Shown: positions 16,875-27,047, counted from the stretch's first letter. The stretch is 64,000 nt of DNA from Alistipes sp. (GCA_017451685.1 JAFTNV010000028.1:8515-72514); one strand, 5' to 3'. Notes: generated by a model not told the origin, from the sequence alone. Numbers and translations: made by a program.

Positions 16875-18005
16875 ATGGAGTTCAAATTACAACATACAGC
16901 GCCCCAAAGTAAGGCGCGCGCGGGACTTATCACCACCGACCATGGCGTGATAGAGACCCCTATATTTATGCCCGTAGGCACTGCCGCAGCGATGAAGGGC
17001 ATCTTCCACCGCGACATTGAGAATGAGGCTAAGGCGCAGATTATCCTCGCAAACACCTACCACCTATATCTCCGCCCCGGCATGGATATCCTGGAGCAGG
17101 CGGGTGGCGTACACCGCTTCTCGTCGTGGACAAAGCCGATGCTCACCGACAGCGGCGGCTTTCAGGTATTCTCGTTGGCCGCATGTCGCAAGCTCAAGGA
17201 GGAGGGTTGTCACTTCCAGTCGCACATCGACGGCTCGCGCCACCTCTTCACGCCCGAGAGTGTCATCGACACCGAGCGCACCATAGGTGCCGACATAATG
17301 ATGGCCTTCGACGAGTGTCCCCCGGGGGATGCTCCACACGACTACGCCTCGAAGTCGTTGGCACTCACCGAACGATGGCTCGACCGCTGCTTCAACCGCT
17401 ACCATCAGACAGCGCCCAAGTGGGGCCACTATCAGGCCCTCTTCCCCATAGTTCAGGGTGCGGGATATGCAGACCTGCGTGAGCGTGCAGCACGCAACGT
17501 GCTTCAATACAACGCCGATGGCTATGCCATAGGTGGTCTTGCCGTGGGTGAGCCCACCGACGTTATGTACGCGATGATTGAGGTGTGTAATGCGGTGCTG
17601 CCAACCGACAGACCGCGCTACCTCATGGGTGTGGGCACGCCCGTAAACATCCTCGAGGCGATAGACCGCGGTGTCGATATGTTTGACTGCGTGATGCCCA
17701 CGCGTAATGGCCGTAACGGTCAGCTCTTTACATCCGAGGGTGTAATCAACATCCGAAACAAGAAGTGGGAGGCAGACTTCTCGCCCATAGACCCCAATGG
17801 CGTCACGTTTGTCGACCACCAGTATACACGTGCCTACCTGCACCACCTCGTGGTATGCAAGGAGATGCTCGCAGCGCAGATTGCCTCGCTGCACAACACG
17901 GCCTTCTACCTATGGCTCGTGGGCGAGGCGCGCAAGCATATCATCGCCGGCGACTTCAAGTCGTGGAAGGAGGCTATGGTAGTGAAACTATCGCGCCGCC
18001 TATAA
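16875..18005 (+). CDS. tgt: tRNA-guanine transglycosylase
   Basis: TPIFMPVGT, ILANTYHL, LTDSGGFQ, GGLAVGE, RYLMGVG, DMFDCV. Confidence 0.97.
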   Translation: MEFKLQHTAPQSKARAGLITTDHGVIETPIFMPVGTAAAMKGIFHRDIENEAKAQIILANTYHLYLRPGMDILEQAGGVHRFSSWTKPMLTDSGGFQVFSLAACRKLKEEGCHFQSHIDGSRHLFTPESVIDTERTIGADIMMAFDECPPGDAPHDYASKSLALTERWLDRCFNRYHQTAPKWGHYQALFPIVQGAGYADLRERAARNVLQYNADGYAIGGLAVGEPTDVMYAMIEVCNAVLPTDRPRYLMGVGTPVNILEAIDRGVDMFDCVMPTRNGRNGQLFTSEGVINIRNKKWEADFSPIDPNGVTFVDHQYTRAYLHHLVVCKEMLAAQIASLHNTAFYLWLVGEARKHIIAGDFKSWKEAMVVKLSRRL

Positions 18006-18020
18006 CACACAGCACACGCC

Positions 18021-19136
18021 ATGAGATTCAGACTTATACCATCCATCCCGGGCTACAGAACCCTCGACAGATACATCTTGGGGAAGTTCCTGCGCACCTA
18101 CATCTTCGGACTCATGATGATGGTCATCATCCTCGTGGTGTTCGACTACGTGGAGAAGGTCGACGACTTCACGGAGCTCAAGGCACCGTGGGATGCCGTG
18201 ATATTTGACTACTATGTCAACTTCGTGCCCCACTTCATCAACCAGTTTAGTGCGCTCTTCACATTCATATCGGTGATATTCTTCACCTCGAAGATGGCGA
18301 TGCAGACCGAGATCGTAGCCATACTCTCGGGCGGTGTCAGCTTCCGCCGACTGATGTGGCCCTACATCATCGGTGCGGCGCTCATCGCCACGCTGAGCCT
18401 CGCGCTGAGCCTGTGGATAATACCCGAGGGTCAGAAGGATAGCGTCGAGTTCCAGAGTAAGTATCTGAAGAGGAATCAGGTTATCGTCTATGACCAGCAC
18501 GTATATCGTCAGATAGAGCCCGGCACGTTTGCCTACGTGCGTGGCTACTCGCCCAACCTCGAGCGCGTGCCCTTCTTCGCGATGGAGCGCTACGAGGGCT
18601 CGACGATGGTAGAGACCCTCAACGCCTCGAGCGCCTCGTTCGACGAGGAGTCGGGGCGCTGGACAGCACCGCGCTACGTGATATACTCACGCACCGAGGA
18701 TGGCTCGCTCGGATATAAGCAGTACCGCAACCTCGACACACTCATAGACCTCGATGTGAGAGAGTTGGTCGACGTGAGGGATCTTGTGAAGACACAAAAC
18801 ATCGAGGAGCTAAACGACTTCCTCGCGCAGCAGCGCCGCAAGGGCTCCGACAGTGTCTTCATCATCGAGGTGGAGCGCCACACGCGCTTTTCGTATCCCT
18901 TCTCCACGTTCATCCTCACAATCATAGGCGTGTCGCTCGCCTCGCGTAAGGTGCGTGGCGGTATGGGCATGCACATAGGCCTCGGCATAACCCTCTGCTT
19001 CGGATATATCATGCTCGGCCGCGTGTCCGAGCAGATAGCCATAGGTGGCTCGTTAGCACCATGGCTCGGAGTGTGGTTCCCCAATATAATATTCGCCATA
19101 ATAGCGATATACGTATACCGTAAAGCACCTAAATAG
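18021..19136 (+). CDS. lptG: LptF/LptG family LPS export permease
   Basis: LDRYIL N-terminus, 3+3 TM layout with periplasmic domain, EIVAILSGGVS, W.PNIIF. Confidence 0.85.
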   Translation: MRFRLIPSIPGYRTLDRYILGKFLRTYIFGLMMMVIILVVFDYVEKVDDFTELKAPWDAVIFDYYVNFVPHFINQFSALFTFISVIFFTSKMAMQTEIVAILSGGVSFRRLMWPYIIGAALIATLSLALSLWIIPEGQKDSVEFQSKYLKRNQVIVYDQHVYRQIEPGTFAYVRGYSPNLERVPFFAMERYEGSTMVETLNASSASFDEESGRWTAPRYVIYSRTEDGSLGYKQYRNLDTLIDLDVRELVDVRDLVKTQNIEELNDFLAQQRRKGSDSVFIIEVERHTRFSYPFSTFILTIIGVSLASRKVRGGMGMHIGLGITLCFGYIMLGRVSEQIAIGGSLAPWLGVWFPNIIFAIIAIYVYRKAPK

Positions 19137-19138
19137 CG

Positions 19139-21331
19139 ATGCGTAACATTAATGAAATAGCCGATGCTGTTCGTCGTAACGAGCGCATAACATGTGACGA
19201 TGCCCTCGTGCTGTGGCGCGAGGCTCCGCTATGGCTCCTTGGCGAGCTCGCCACGGAGCGCAAGCGTAGGACAAGTGGAGAGAGCGTGTACTACAACCGC
19301 AACGTACACCTCGAGCCCACGAATATATGTCTGTTCAACTGCGAGTTCTGCTCGTTCCGCCGCAGGGAGGGCGACAACGATGCGTGGTACCTCTCGCTCG
19401 ACGAGGTGGAGGCCTGCGCCGCAGAGCATAAAGGTACGGACATCACCGAGGTACACATCGTCGGGGGCGTACACCCGAAGCACGACCTCGGCACCTACTG
19501 CGCAATGATACGTGCCGTGAAGCGCCAACTGCCACATGTCACGGTCAAGGCCTACACTGCCGTGGAGATATTTTACATGATACGCCACGAGGGCATATCC
19601 GTCGTTGAGGGTCTACGTCGCCTCAAGGAGGCGGGCATGGAGTGCATACCGGGTGGCGGTGCCGAGATATTCGATGCCGAGTTACGTGCCAAGATATGTC
19701 CCGAGAAGTGCTCGGCCGAGGAGTGGCTCGCCGTACACCGCGCAGCCCACAACATGGACATAGCGACAAACTGCACGATGCTCTACGGCCACATCGAGAG
19801 CATCGAGCAACGCATCGACCACCTCGACCGCCTGCGTAAGTTGCAGGACGAGGCCCCGGGCTTCGATGCCTTCATCCCGCTCAAGTACCACAGCCGTGGT
19901 AATCGTCTTGCCGAGGCGGGAGAGTGCAGCACCGAGGAGGATATGCGCACCATAGCCATAAGCCGCATATTTCTCGACAACATACCCCACATCAAGGCAT
20001 ACTGGGTGTCGTACGGCAAGGCCACGACCGAGATGGCCTTAGCCTTTGGTGCCGACGACATCGACGGCACGATAGGCGACACCACGAAGATATACTCCAT
20101 GGCCGGAGGCATCGAGCGCCCGACGATGAGCGTGGCGGAGCTCGAGGCGATGGTCACAGCGGCAGGCTTCCGCCCCGTGGAGCGCGACTCACACTACAAC
20201 GCCGTAGAGCGCAATACTATGGTAACAGCCACACCCATCGCTACCGTACACAGCAGCGAGAAAACGAAGATAGATACCGATATGAACAACACAAAGGTAG
20301 GACAGCCGAAGGTCGAAATTAAGGCTCAGGCGAAGGATACACCCAAGCCTAAGAGTGCGCCTAAGAGTGCGCCCAAGAGCACAAAGAAGACAACAGTGAC
20401 GAAGGGCAGCGGATTTATGGAGCGTGTGAAGCGCTTCTATGGTCGCTTCCCCGTAATATCGCACATGATACTCATCCTCGTCTTTGGCTTGTTGCTCCTC
20501 GTAACCCTCTACTTCGGCCTAAACCTCGGCACACGCCATGGCAATGTCATCAAGGTGCCCAATCTCCTTGGCATGAACATCGAGGATGCACGCCGTGAGG
20601 CTCGCGACATGGAGCTCAACATCATCGTGCGCGACTCCATCTTCGATGTCAACCTCCCGGGAGGCACGATTGTAGACCAGCTACCACGCACCTCGAGCGT
20701 TAGGGATGTGACCGTAAAGCCCGGGCGTAAGATATACGTGACGACAAACGCCTACAACCGTCGCATGGTAGACGTTCCCTACGTTGCGAAGCAGACACTG
20801 CGCCAGGCGCTCAACCAGCTACAGCGCTCGAGCCTAACCATCGACAAGCTCATCTACGAGGCCGACATGACATCTACGGACTATGTTCTTAGGGAGAGCA
20901 TCGACGGCGAAGATATAACCCCCACATCGAGCATCAAGATGGCCGTGGGCACGGGCGTAACGCTCACCGTGAGCTACCGTAGCGACGAGCAGCATACCAC
21001 CGTACCCCTCCTTGTGGGCCTCAACCTCCAGCAGGCGAAGAACAGCCTCTGGGATAGCGGCCTCAACGTAGGTAAGATCGTCTACGACGAGAGTGTCGAG
21101 GATCTTATCTCGCGTCGCACAACGAGAGTATATAAGCAGTCGCAGCCGCTCGGCACAAGCCTACGCCGTGGTAGCGAGGTGACACTATACCTCTCATGCG
21201 ACATGGAGCTCGTCGATTCCTTGGCAAAGATTGCCAACGACGAGGCCAAGCGCTACGAGGAGCAGCGACGTAAGGCCCTCGAGAAGCAGCGCCGCGAGGA
21301 GAGAGAGGGTAGCAGCGCAACGGAGGAATAA
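19139..21331 (+). CDS. mqnE: Aminofutalosine synthase MqnE (radical SAM) fused in frame to a TM + 3x PASTA protein
   Basis: CLFNCEFC, EVHIVGG, PGGGAEIF, TMLYGHIE, HIKAYW, FGADDIDGT, PVERD. Then a Lys/Pro linker, a TM helix and PASTA repeats (VPNLLG, VPYVAK, VPLLVG). Confidence 0.85.
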   Translation: MRNINEIADAVRRNERITCDDALVLWREAPLWLLGELATERKRRTSGESVYYNRNVHLEPTNICLFNCEFCSFRRREGDNDAWYLSLDEVEACAAEHKGTDITEVHIVGGVHPKHDLGTYCAMIRAVKRQLPHVTVKAYTAVEIFYMIRHEGISVVEGLRRLKEAGMECIPGGGAEIFDAELRAKICPEKCSAEEWLAVHRAAHNMDIATNCTMLYGHIESIEQRIDHLDRLRKLQDEAPGFDAFIPLKYHSRGNRLAEAGECSTEEDMRTIAISRIFLDNIPHIKAYWVSYGKATTEMALAFGADDIDGTIGDTTKIYSMAGGIERPTMSVAELEAMVTAAGFRPVERDSHYNAVERNTMVTATPIATVHSSEKTKIDTDMNNTKVGQPKVEIKAQAKDTPKPKSAPKSAPKSTKKTTVTKGSGFMERVKRFYGRFPVISHMILILVFGLLLLVTLYFGLNLGTRHGNVIKVPNLLGMNIEDARREARDMELNIIVRDSIFDVNLPGGTIVDQLPRTSSVRDVTVKPGRKIYVTTNAYNRRMVDVPYVAKQTLRQALNQLQRSSLTIDKLIYEADMTSTDYVLRESIDGEDITPTSSIKMAVGTGVTLTVSYRSDEQHTTVPLLVGLNLQQAKNSLWDSGLNVGKIVYDESVEDLISRRTTRVYKQSQPLGTSLRRGSEVTLYLSCDMELVDSLAKIANDEAKRYEEQRRKALEKQRREEREGSSATEE

Positions 21332-21355
21332 TATTAGAATAAAAGATTTAACCAC

Positions 21356-22450
21356 GTGAGTGACAAGGATATATACGTAGATGACGAGCTTCTCGACATG
21401 GATGTCGAGGGCACGGATGCCGAGGGCGAGGGTGACGAGATGTACGAGCACTTCTCGGTGACGGTGGATAAGGGTCAGTCGATGATGCGATTAGACAAGT
21501 TCCTCACCATACGCCTCGAGCACACATCACGCAACCGCATACAGGCTGCTGCCGATGGGCAGAACATTCTCGTCAACGGCAAGCCCCAGAAGTCGAGCTA
21601 TAAGGTGAAGCCCCTCGACCAGATATCTATTGTGATGCCCTACCCGCGTCGCAAGGAGGAGATTGTACCCGAGAACATACCACTGAACATCGTCTACGAG
21701 GACGACGACATCATCGTCGTAAACAAGGAGGCGGGCATGGTCGTACACCCGGGCGTGGGCAACCATAGTGGCACGCTCGTACACGCCTTGTCGTACCACC
21801 TGCAAAACCTACCCATGTTCTCTGAAGGCAACGCCCGCGCAGGCCTCGTGCACCGCATCGACAAGGACACCTCGGGACTCCTCGTCGTGGCAAAGAACGA
21901 GCGCGCACACGCTTCGCTCGCCAAGCAGTTCTTCGACCACACGATATATCGTCGCTACGTGGCGTTGGTATGGGGCAACATTGCCGAGGATGAGGGTACC
22001 ATCACGGGTAACATAGGCCGCAGCCCGAAGGATAGGTTGCAGATGTATGTCTTTGCCGACGGCTCGGATGGCAAGCATGCTGTCACACACTTCAAGGTGT
22101 TGCGCCGCTACGGATATGTAACGCTCGTAGAGTGTCGCTTAGAGACGGGGCGTACACACCAGATACGTGTACACATGTCGTGGCAGGGACACCCCCTCTT
22201 CAACGACGAGCGCTATGGTGGCAACCGCATACTCAAGGGCACGACATTCATGAAGTACAAGCAGTTTATCGACAACTGCTTCAAGCTCATCCCTCGACAG
22301 TCGCTCCACGCCCGCGCCTTAGGCTTCGACCACCCCACGACGGGTAAGTACGTGCAGTTCGAGTCGGAGCTTCCGGACGACCTCAAGGCCGTACTCCAGA
22401 AGTGGGAGACGTATACCGACTCCGTGGGGCTCGACATAGACGAGATATAA
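21356..22450 (+). CDS. rluD: RluA/RluD family 23S rRNA pseudouridine synthase
   Basis: S4-like N-terminus, NKEAGMVVHP, VHRIDKDTSG, LETGRTHQIRVH. Confidence 0.93.
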   Translation: MSDKDIYVDDELLDMDVEGTDAEGEGDEMYEHFSVTVDKGQSMMRLDKFLTIRLEHTSRNRIQAAADGQNILVNGKPQKSSYKVKPLDQISIVMPYPRRKEEIVPENIPLNIVYEDDDIIVVNKEAGMVVHPGVGNHSGTLVHALSYHLQNLPMFSEGNARAGLVHRIDKDTSGLLVVAKNERAHASLAKQFFDHTIYRRYVALVWGNIAEDEGTITGNIGRSPKDRLQMYVFADGSDGKHAVTHFKVLRRYGYVTLVECRLETGRTHQIRVHMSWQGHPLFNDERYGGNRILKGTTFMKYKQFIDNCFKLIPRQSLHARALGFDHPTTGKYVQFESELPDDLKAVLQKWETYTDSVGLDIDEI

Positions 22451-22479
22451 GGCTATAACACACCCTAACCATAGAATAG

Positions 22480-24270
22480 ATGTTTCTACCAACAACAAAT
22501 AAGGAGGTTGAGGCTCGAGGCTGGGACGAGCTCGATGTCATCATCTTCACGGGTGATGCCTACATAGACCACCCCGCCTTTGGTGCTGCGGTCATAGGTC
22601 GCATCCTCGAGGCCGAGGGCTACCGCGTGGCCATCGTGCCACAGCCCAACTGGCGCGACGACCTCCGCGACTTCAAGAAGCTCGGCAAGCCGAGGCTCTT
22701 CTTCGCCGTGACGGCAGGCGCCATGGACTCGATGGTAAACCACTACACCGCCAACCTACGCCTACGTTCGAACGATGCCTACACCGCGGGGGGTAAGGCG
22801 GGCTTCCGCCCCGACCGCACGGTAGATACATACACCAGGATACTCAAGCGCCTATACCCCCACACACCCGTGGTAGTCGGTGGCATCGAGGCCTCGCTAC
22901 GCCGCCTCACGCACTACGACTACTGGAGCGATAAGTTGCAACGCTCTGTCCTGGCGACAAGCGGTGCCGACCTGCTCGTCTACGGCATGGGCGACAAGCC
23001 CATACGCGAGGTTGCCAAGGCACTACGAAACGGCTTTAATATGAAGCTGCTGCGCGGGCTACGACAGGTAGGATTCCTCGCAAACAAGGAGTATGTCGAG
23101 AAGCTGTACAGTGGCAAGACCATCGTTCTGAACTCCTACGAGGAGTGTGTCGGCGACAAGCGCAAGTTTGGCGACAACTTCAAGGAGATAGAAGTGTTAA
23201 GCAACATGATGGAGTGCGAGACGACGCTTATCGAGAAGGTCGACGACAGCTACGTTGTCATCACGCCACCCCACGCCACGCTCACCACCGAGGAGCTCGA
23301 CCACTCCTTCGACCTACCCTACGAGCGAGCGCCCCACCCGCGATATAAGGGCAAGGGCGACATCCCCGCATGGGAGATGATAAAGCACTCGATAAACATA
23401 CACCGCGGCTGCTTCGGAGGCTGCTCGTTCTGCACCATCTCGGCACACCAGGGTAAGTTTATCAACTCACGCTCGGAGCGCTCAATCCTCGCGGAGGTAA
23501 AGCGCCTCACGGAGATGCCCGACTTCAAGGGTTACATCTCGGACATAGGTGCCCCCTCGGCAAATATGTACCGCATGCGTGGCCGTAACGAGGAGCTATG
23601 CAAGCGCTGCAAGCGCCCCTCGTGCCTACACCCGAAGTTGTGCCCCAACATGAACAACGACCACACGCCACTTATTGACCTCTATCGCAAGATACGCGAG
23701 GTGAAGGGCGTAAAGAAGGCATTCATCGGCAGTGGCATACGCTACGACCTCTTCGACACGTCGCCCTACTTCGAGACTGTCGTCAAGCACCACACCTCGG
23801 GGCGCCTGAAGGTTGCTCCCGAGCATACCGAGGATAGAGTCCTAAGCCTTATGCGCAAGCCGTCGTTCACGCTATTCGAGGATATGAACCGAAGGTTTCA
23901 GCAGATATGTCGCCGCGAGGAGCTTAAGTATCAGCTTATACCATACTTCATATCGTCACACCCGGGATGCAGGGAGGAGGATATGCAGGCTTTGGCACGC
24001 AAGGTGCTCGGCAAGCTACACTTCAACCTCGAGCAGGTGCAAGACCTCACGCCCACGCCCATGACCCTATCGTCGGTGATGTTCTATACGGGCATAAATC
24101 CCTATACGGGCGAGGAGGTGTATGTAGCACGCACACAGGAGGATAAGCGCCGACAGAAGAGCTACTTCTTCGGTGGCATACTGCCAACGGATAGTCGCCA
24201 TGAGGCGCAACATAAGAGGAATAGCAGCGGTGAGAGGCGCCACACGCCACCACGCAGAGGCAGAAGATAG
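22480..24270 (+). CDS. ygiQ: YgiQ family radical SAM protein (UPF0313)
   Basis: GDAYIDHP, DSMVNHYT, RGCFGGCSFC, LKVAPEH, PYFISSHPG. Confidence 0.92.
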   Translation: MFLPTTNKEVEARGWDELDVIIFTGDAYIDHPAFGAAVIGRILEAEGYRVAIVPQPNWRDDLRDFKKLGKPRLFFAVTAGAMDSMVNHYTANLRLRSNDAYTAGGKAGFRPDRTVDTYTRILKRLYPHTPVVVGGIEASLRRLTHYDYWSDKLQRSVLATSGADLLVYGMGDKPIREVAKALRNGFNMKLLRGLRQVGFLANKEYVEKLYSGKTIVLNSYEECVGDKRKFGDNFKEIEVLSNMMECETTLIEKVDDSYVVITPPHATLTTEELDHSFDLPYERAPHPRYKGKGDIPAWEMIKHSINIHRGCFGGCSFCTISAHQGKFINSRSERSILAEVKRLTEMPDFKGYISDIGAPSANMYRMRGRNEELCKRCKRPSCLHPKLCPNMNNDHTPLIDLYRKIREVKGVKKAFIGSGIRYDLFDTSPYFETVVKHHTSGRLKVAPEHTEDRVLSLMRKPSFTLFEDMNRRFQQICRREELKYQLIPYFISSHPGCREEDMQALARKVLGKLHFNLEQVQDLTPTPMTLSSVMFYTGINPYTGEEVYVARTQEDKRRQKSYFFGGILPTDSRHEAQHKRNSSGERRHTPPRRGRR

Positions 24271-24296
24271 AGATAACTAACATAAATATTTGCGTT

Positions 24297-24797
24297 ATGA
24301 GAAAGAGTCTTTTTTTGATGGCGGCAATGATTCTTGCCGTAGCATGTGGAGGAAATAACACCACGACCCCCAACACCGAGGAGCAGACATCGACACGCGA
24401 TAAGCGCATCGACGAGATTACGGCAAATGCCAAGGAGGCATTTCGCAATGGCTCGGAGGCGGTGAGCGACTTTGCCGAGGAGGCAGGTGAGGCGTTGGGC
24501 GAGGGTGCCGAGGAGGTAGGCCAGTGCGCTAAGGCATCGCTAACGAAGAGCGAGGTGCTTTATAATAAGGCGAAGGTCGAGGTTGTCGAGGCATCGGCTA
24601 CCGCCGTAGTCAAGGGTGCCGAGATATATGAGCATACGAAGGAGGCTGTTGTCGAGGCTGCCGATGTGGTGTCGAAGAAGAGTGTTGAGTTTGGCGCCGC
24701 AGCCTTGGAGAAGGGTTCTGAGGTCATGGTAAAGGGTGCCGAGGCCATGGAGAAGGGCAGCGAGGCCCTCAAAGAGGTTCGCCAGAATATGGAGTAG
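24297..24797 (+). CDS. Hypothetical helical-repeat lipoprotein
   Basis: Lipobox LAVA-C. Ala/Glu/Lys/Val-rich with KG(S/A)E repeats. Confidence 0.75.
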   Translation: MRKSLFLMAAMILAVACGGNNTTTPNTEEQTSTRDKRIDEITANAKEAFRNGSEAVSDFAEEAGEALGEGAEEVGQCAKASLTKSEVLYNKAKVEVVEASATAVVKGAEIYEHTKEAVVEAADVVSKKSVEFGAAALEKGSEVMVKGAEAMEKGSEALKEVRQNME

Positions 24798-24817
24798 ACA
24801 ACGAGTGTAGACATGTA

Positions 24818-24847
24818 GGGGATGACTAAAAGCGATTAGTCATCCCC
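24818..24847. terminator. 12-bp perfect hairpin of the GGG.TGAC.AAAA family between convergent genes
   Basis: ggggatgactaa-aagcga-ttagtcatcccc. Confidence 0.75.
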
Positions 24848-24872
24848 ATTTTGTCAAGAGGTTGGGAAGGTT

Positions 24873-25913
24873 TTACTCGTCAACGTCGTTCATTCGCTGC
24901 TGCAACATAAAGATATCTTTCTGTTTTTCAATCTCGTGACGCAGTTCCTCCTCCGAAGGTAATACCGAGAGATACTTGGCGGCGAACAATTGGTCATTGC
25001 CATTGAGGATAGAGTATCGAGCGATATCCTTGCTCGTTTCCGAACATAGAACAATGCCTATAGTTGGGTTATCGCCCTCCGTGCGTTTCATCTCGTCATA
25101 CATACGCACATACATATCCATCTGTCCTACATCCTGATGGGTAATAGTGCCAACCTTTAGGTCGATTAGGACATAACATTTTAGAATGACATTATAAAAA
25201 ACAAGGTCGATAAAGTAATCCTGCGTATCCGTGCGGACAAGTTGTTGACGCGCCATGAAAGCAAAGCCTCGCCCCATCTCCATAATAAAGTCGTGCAGAT
25301 GACCTATTATTGCACTCTCCAACTCCTGCTCCGAGAAACCATTATCTTGCTTAAAGCCCAGAAATTCTGCAACAACAGGATTCTTTAACAGCTCCAATTT
25401 GTTAGGATTCTCCTCGCGCATCGGCAGCTGTGGCTGATTGAAATGGCGCTCAAAGTATTGCGTACTTATATTCCTATCAAGTGTACGTACACTCCACATC
25501 TCCTCAGATGCCATCTGCAAGTACCAACGGATACTCACATCGGAATCCGCACGCAAGGCTGTAAGGATATGCGACCATGTGAGATTTTGCAAACGTGTTT
25601 GCAAAATCTGCAAGTTGTCGATGGAGAGATAAAACTTACGGAAGTATGCGAGGTATCTTTTGCTAAACCCTTTTCCATAGCGATATGTCAACTCCTTGGA
25701 TAGATGTTCTATTATACGTTTACCATACTCTGCTCGCTCACTACCACTTTGTTCCTCCTCAACAATTCGCTGCCCAATTCTCCAATATGTTTCAATCATA
25801 GAGCTATTGACAGCACTGTACGCCTTTTGCCGCCCCGCCTCAATAATTGAACACACATCGCTTACGATTGCGTTGTTAACAACTTCCAGCTGTCGCGAAT
25901 TATCCTTGGTCAT
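24873..25913 (-). CDS. YhcG/DUF1016 family PD-(D/E)xK nuclease-like protein
   Basis: YWRIGQRIVEEEQ, LTWSH, WSVRTL.R.I, ELE.AI..HL..F.ME.G.GFAF, IDLVFYN, VLIDLK, GQM.MY, PTIGIVLC. Confidence 0.92.
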   Translation of the reverse strand: MTKDNSRQLEVVNNAIVSDVCSIIEAGRQKAYSAVNSSMIETYWRIGQRIVEEEQSGSERAEYGKRIIEHLSKELTYRYGKGFSKRYLAYFRKFYLSIDNLQILQTRLQNLTWSHILTALRADSDVSIRWYLQMASEEMWSVRTLDRNISTQYFERHFNQPQLPMREENPNKLELLKNPVVAEFLGFKQDNGFSEQELESAIIGHLHDFIMEMGRGFAFMARQQLVRTDTQDYFIDLVFYNVILKCYVLIDLKVGTITHQDVGQMDMYVRMYDEMKRTEGDNPTIGIVLCSETSKDIARYSILNGNDQLFAAKYLSVLPSEEELRHEIEKQKDIFMLQQRMNDVDE

Positions 25914-26001
25914 GGTTTAGTCTTTGTAAATATTGTAAATGAGGATTTTAATGCGAGCACAACATTAAAGCCATCTTGTTATGCTGCCTTTTCACACTGA
26001 A

Positions 26002-27003
26002 TTAAAATAGGTATTGCTCCGTGCGCACGCGCTCCATAAGCTGAAATATCTCGCGCCACGCATCCTCACCAAAGGTGGTACCCACAACCTCGATAACCTT
26101 ACCCGCAGTGATGGCACCGACAGTGCCACACTGGCGTAGCGACATGCCCTCGCACAGGGCCGAGAGGAAGCCTGCGGCGTAAAAGTCACCGGCACCCGTA
26201 GTATCTACGCGCTTGGCAGCCGCCATGATACCCACGTGCACAACCTCGTCACCACGCTTAATAAGCGCACCCTTCATGCCTATCTTTACCACCGCGAGCT
26301 CGCACATAGTGCTTATATATTGCAGGGCGTTGATGGGCTCCTCCTCGCCACTAAAGGCGCGCGCCTCATCCTCATTGGCAAAGAGGATGTCTACGTGCTT
26401 CGCAACGAGGTCGCGCAGGAAGTCGCGGTTCTCCTCGACGACGTTGAACGATGCAAGGTCGATAGCCACCTTCAAGCCGTGGCGCTTGGCTTTCTCTACG
26501 GCCGTGCGTATAAGGTCGTGGTCTTGAACGAGGTAGCCCTCGATATATAGGCAGTCGTAGTCGTCGAAGATGGCACCATCAATATCCTCGGGGTGCAGGT
26601 GTGCCGCAGCACCGAGGTGCGTGACAAGCGTGCGCTCACCATCGGGCGATACCAACGATACGCACTTGCCAGAGCGGTACCTCGAACGCAACATGTATGG
26701 TGCAACGCCAAAGTTACGCAGCGCTTGCTCGTAGAAGTCGCCCGTGGTGTCGTTACCCACCTTGCCGATGAAGCCCACCTCGGTGCCAAGGCGTGCCATG
26801 GCGCGGATGGTGTTACCCGCCGAGCCGCCCAACGACAGCGAGTAGGGACATCCCGCCACGTGCTTCGATATATCGGTCTGCAACTCGTTGTCCACAAGGC
26901 TCATAGAGCCCTTGGCAAGGTTATAAAGGTTCAGCACATCGTCATTCGACATGTTGACGAGCATATCCGTCAACGCATTACCAATGCCTATAACTCTCTT
27001 CAT
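26002..27003 (-). CDS. PfkB family carbohydrate/adenosine kinase
   Basis: GIGNAL.D, GGSAGNT, FANEDE, DTTGAGD. Start set at MKRVIG. Confidence 0.9.
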   Translation of the reverse strand: MKRVIGIGNALTDMLVNMSNDDVLNLYNLAKGSMSLVDNELQTDISKHVAGCPYSLSLGGSAGNTIRAMARLGTEVGFIGKVGNDTTGDFYEQALRNFGVAPYMLRSRYRSGKCVSLVSPDGERTLVTHLGAAAHLHPEDIDGAIFDDYDCLYIEGYLVQDHDLIRTAVEKAKRHGLKVAIDLASFNVVEENRDFLRDLVAKHVDILFANEDEARAFSGEEEPINALQYISTMCELAVVKIGMKGALIKRGDEVVHVGIMAAAKRVDTTGAGDFYAAGFLSALCEGMSLRQCGTVGAITAGKVIEVVGTTFGEDAWREIFQLMERVRTEQYLF

Positions 27004-27047
27004 TGTATTTTCAGTTTTTGGGGATTTATTATGCAATCATGTTCGGC

